39,434 bases of DNA, taken from a virus (lineage: Duplodnaviria; Caudoviricetes). This document shows positions 38,142-39,434 of this stretch, in pieces (the first letter of the stretch is position 1; every line of letters begins with the position of its first letter). The stretch is from IMG/VR virus record IMGVR_UViG_3300037631_003269, positions 1 to 39,434 of that record, one strand, 5' to 3'. A program made the position numbers and the translations under genes. The notes under the pieces are model-generated. The model ran no database searches and was not told the origin of the DNA. It worked only from the letters and a program-made list of their open reading frames with translations.

Positions 38142-38449
38142 TATACAACTAGAAATTCAGTTACAGTAATTCCAGCAGGTAATCCAACAGTTGATTTTAC
38201 ACCACCTGGATTAGCAGTAAGAGCGGCATTAATTGCATCTCTTACGGAAGGGGTTGTTTCTGATGAATGAGTTAAAGTAACCGTGTCTAATGTTGGGGCA
38301 ACAGTATGAATTGTTGTTTTAGTTCCTTCATTTGCGCCAGCAGCATCTCCAGTTGTTACAGAAACAATTGTATCTGTGTTAATTAAGTGTTGTCCGTCTT
38401 CGAAAGCATCCGCGCCTCCAACGACTTTGATAGAAATAAATCTTGCCAT
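38141..38449 (-). CDS. Putative small virion protein (102 aa)
   Basis: Thr/Ala/Gly-rich, capsid-gene-like codon bias, long A-rich leader. Confidence 0.6.
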   Translation of the reverse strand: MARFISIKVVGGADAFEDGQHLINTDTIVSVTTGDAAGANEGTKTTIHTVAPTLDTVTLTHSSETTPSVRDAINAALTANPGGVKSTVGLPAGITVTEFLVV

Positions 38450-38503
38450 TTTGTTTTTGTTTTGTTATTGTTTATGTTTATGTTTTGCTAGGTTTATACA
38501 GTC

Positions 38504-39325
38504 CTATCTGTTTTCTTTAATTTTTTTGCGTTGCGCTTGCCTGCTAGCTCTCTTTTCGGCACTAGATTTGCCTTTTCTGTCAATACGCCCTTGAATTCTA
38601 GTAGCTCTATTTTCTAATCGTTTAGCTTTAGCTCTTGAACGCCTAGCGCTTGTTTGTTTTGCTCCTGTATCTGTGGATTTAGGCTTGCTAGCATCAATAC
38701 TTTGTGCAGTCTTGTTTGTTCTTGTTTTTTCGTTTGCAGCCTTTCTTTTAACATTCGCTAATCTTAATTCTCTTTTTGAAAGTACCTTATCTACCTTAGG
38801 TGCTTTACCATCTGTTGGCTTTTGGCCTTGGGCCTTAGCACGCTTATTAAATTGAGCATCAGTAATATTAACTTTTTTGCCTTTTGTTTTACCATCTCTA
38901 GGTTTTTGGCCTTGAGCTTTTGCCCTTTTTTCAAAAGCTTCATCAGATATGATGGGTTTTCTTTTTGTAGAGGTTGTTGCTTTCTTTTTAGTTTTAATTT
39001 TCTTTTTAGGCATAGTTTGAGTAGACTCATTCTTTTGCGTAACAGTGGTAGGTTTTGTAAATTTATTAATTAGTTGTTGTGTTCCTGGCCTATTAACATC
39101 TTTAACTCTTTGCTTAATATCCACGCCCGCAAAGCTTCCTTTTATTTTAGATGTGTTAATACTATTATTGGTTTCTTTTTTAGTTCCATATTTAGTTTTT
39201 TCTCTTGCATACCTTTCATCATTATCCGCAAGAGAACCTAAAGCTTTTCCTATTCCTGAAATAAGTTTTGCGCCAAATAAGCCGGGCCCAAAAGCAACAG
39301 GAGAACCTTTCATTTTAAATCCCAT
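38504..39325 (-). CDS. Highly basic low-complexity protein (273 aa)
   Basis: Lys/Arg-rich, internal repeat. Confidence 0.75.
   Translation of the reverse strand: MGFKMKGSPVAFGPGLFGAKLISGIGKALGSLADNDERYAREKTKYGTKKETNNSINTSKIKGSFAGVDIKQRVKDVNRPGTQQLINKFTKPTTVTQKNESTQTMPKKKIKTKKKATTSTKRKPIISDEAFEKRAKAQGQKPRDGKTKGKKVNITDAQFNKRAKAQGQKPTDGKAPKVDKVLSKRELRLANVKRKAANEKTRTNKTAQSIDASKPKSTDTGAKQTSARRSRAKAKRLENRATRIQGRIDRKGKSSAEKRASRQAQRKKIKENR
38804..38950 (-). repeat. Duplicated 21-aa module
   Basis: ISDEAFEKRAKAQGQKPRDGK vs ITDAQFNKRAKAQGQKPTDGK. Confidence 0.9.
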
Positions 39326-39326
39326 C

Positions 39327-39434
39327 TTAATAATCTTTTTTAGCGGATCTTCTCATCTCCCCTTTATTACCACCATATTTTTGTCTGCTTGCAACTGAAG
39401 GCTTGCCAACTTGCTGTCCATATCCTTTATTCAT
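39327..39434 (-). CDS. Small basic ORF, possibly truncated by the window edge
   Basis: MNKGYGQQVGKPSVASRQKYGGNKGEMRRSAKKDY; stop 1 nt before next ATG. Confidence 0.6.
   Translation of the reverse strand: MNKGYGQQVGKPSVASRQKYGGNKGEMRRSAKKDY

Noticed and set aside
1-39434. tRNA, CRISPR array, integrase, intron/intein, DGR
   Set aside because: Intergenic gaps are too short and no repeats, RT, integrase or intein signatures were seen

Overview
AT-rich fragment of a lytic-looking, podovirus-like dsDNA phage. A Bacteroidota/Flavobacteriia host is inferred from SD-less AT-rich start contexts and the gene families present. Two convergent, densely packed arms meet at overlapping stop codons (9928-9931). 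The + arm (117-9931) covers recombination, replication and nucleotide metabolism: ERF, exonuclease, SSB, T7/Twinkle-like primase-helicase, ThyA homolog, MazG-like enzymes, endonuclease I and class I RNR. The - arm (9928-39434) covers virion and lysis functions: holin, GroES-like protein, terminase, portal, scaffold, major capsid, tail proteins, three putative ejection proteins and an M15 endolysin. The main observation is that the ThyA homolog has Asp at the position of the dUMP-specifying Asn177 (GLPYD vs GLPFN). It lies directly upstream of a GIY-YIG/MazG fusion and a second all-alpha NTP-PPase-like gene, suggesting a compact T4-analogous cytosine-modification (5mC or 5hmC) module rather than a thymidylate synthase. 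Also notable: a candidate -1 frameshift in an ejection gene, a 2159-aa polyvalent protein, and several small ORFs missing from the ORF track. All calls are by motif reading; no searches were run.
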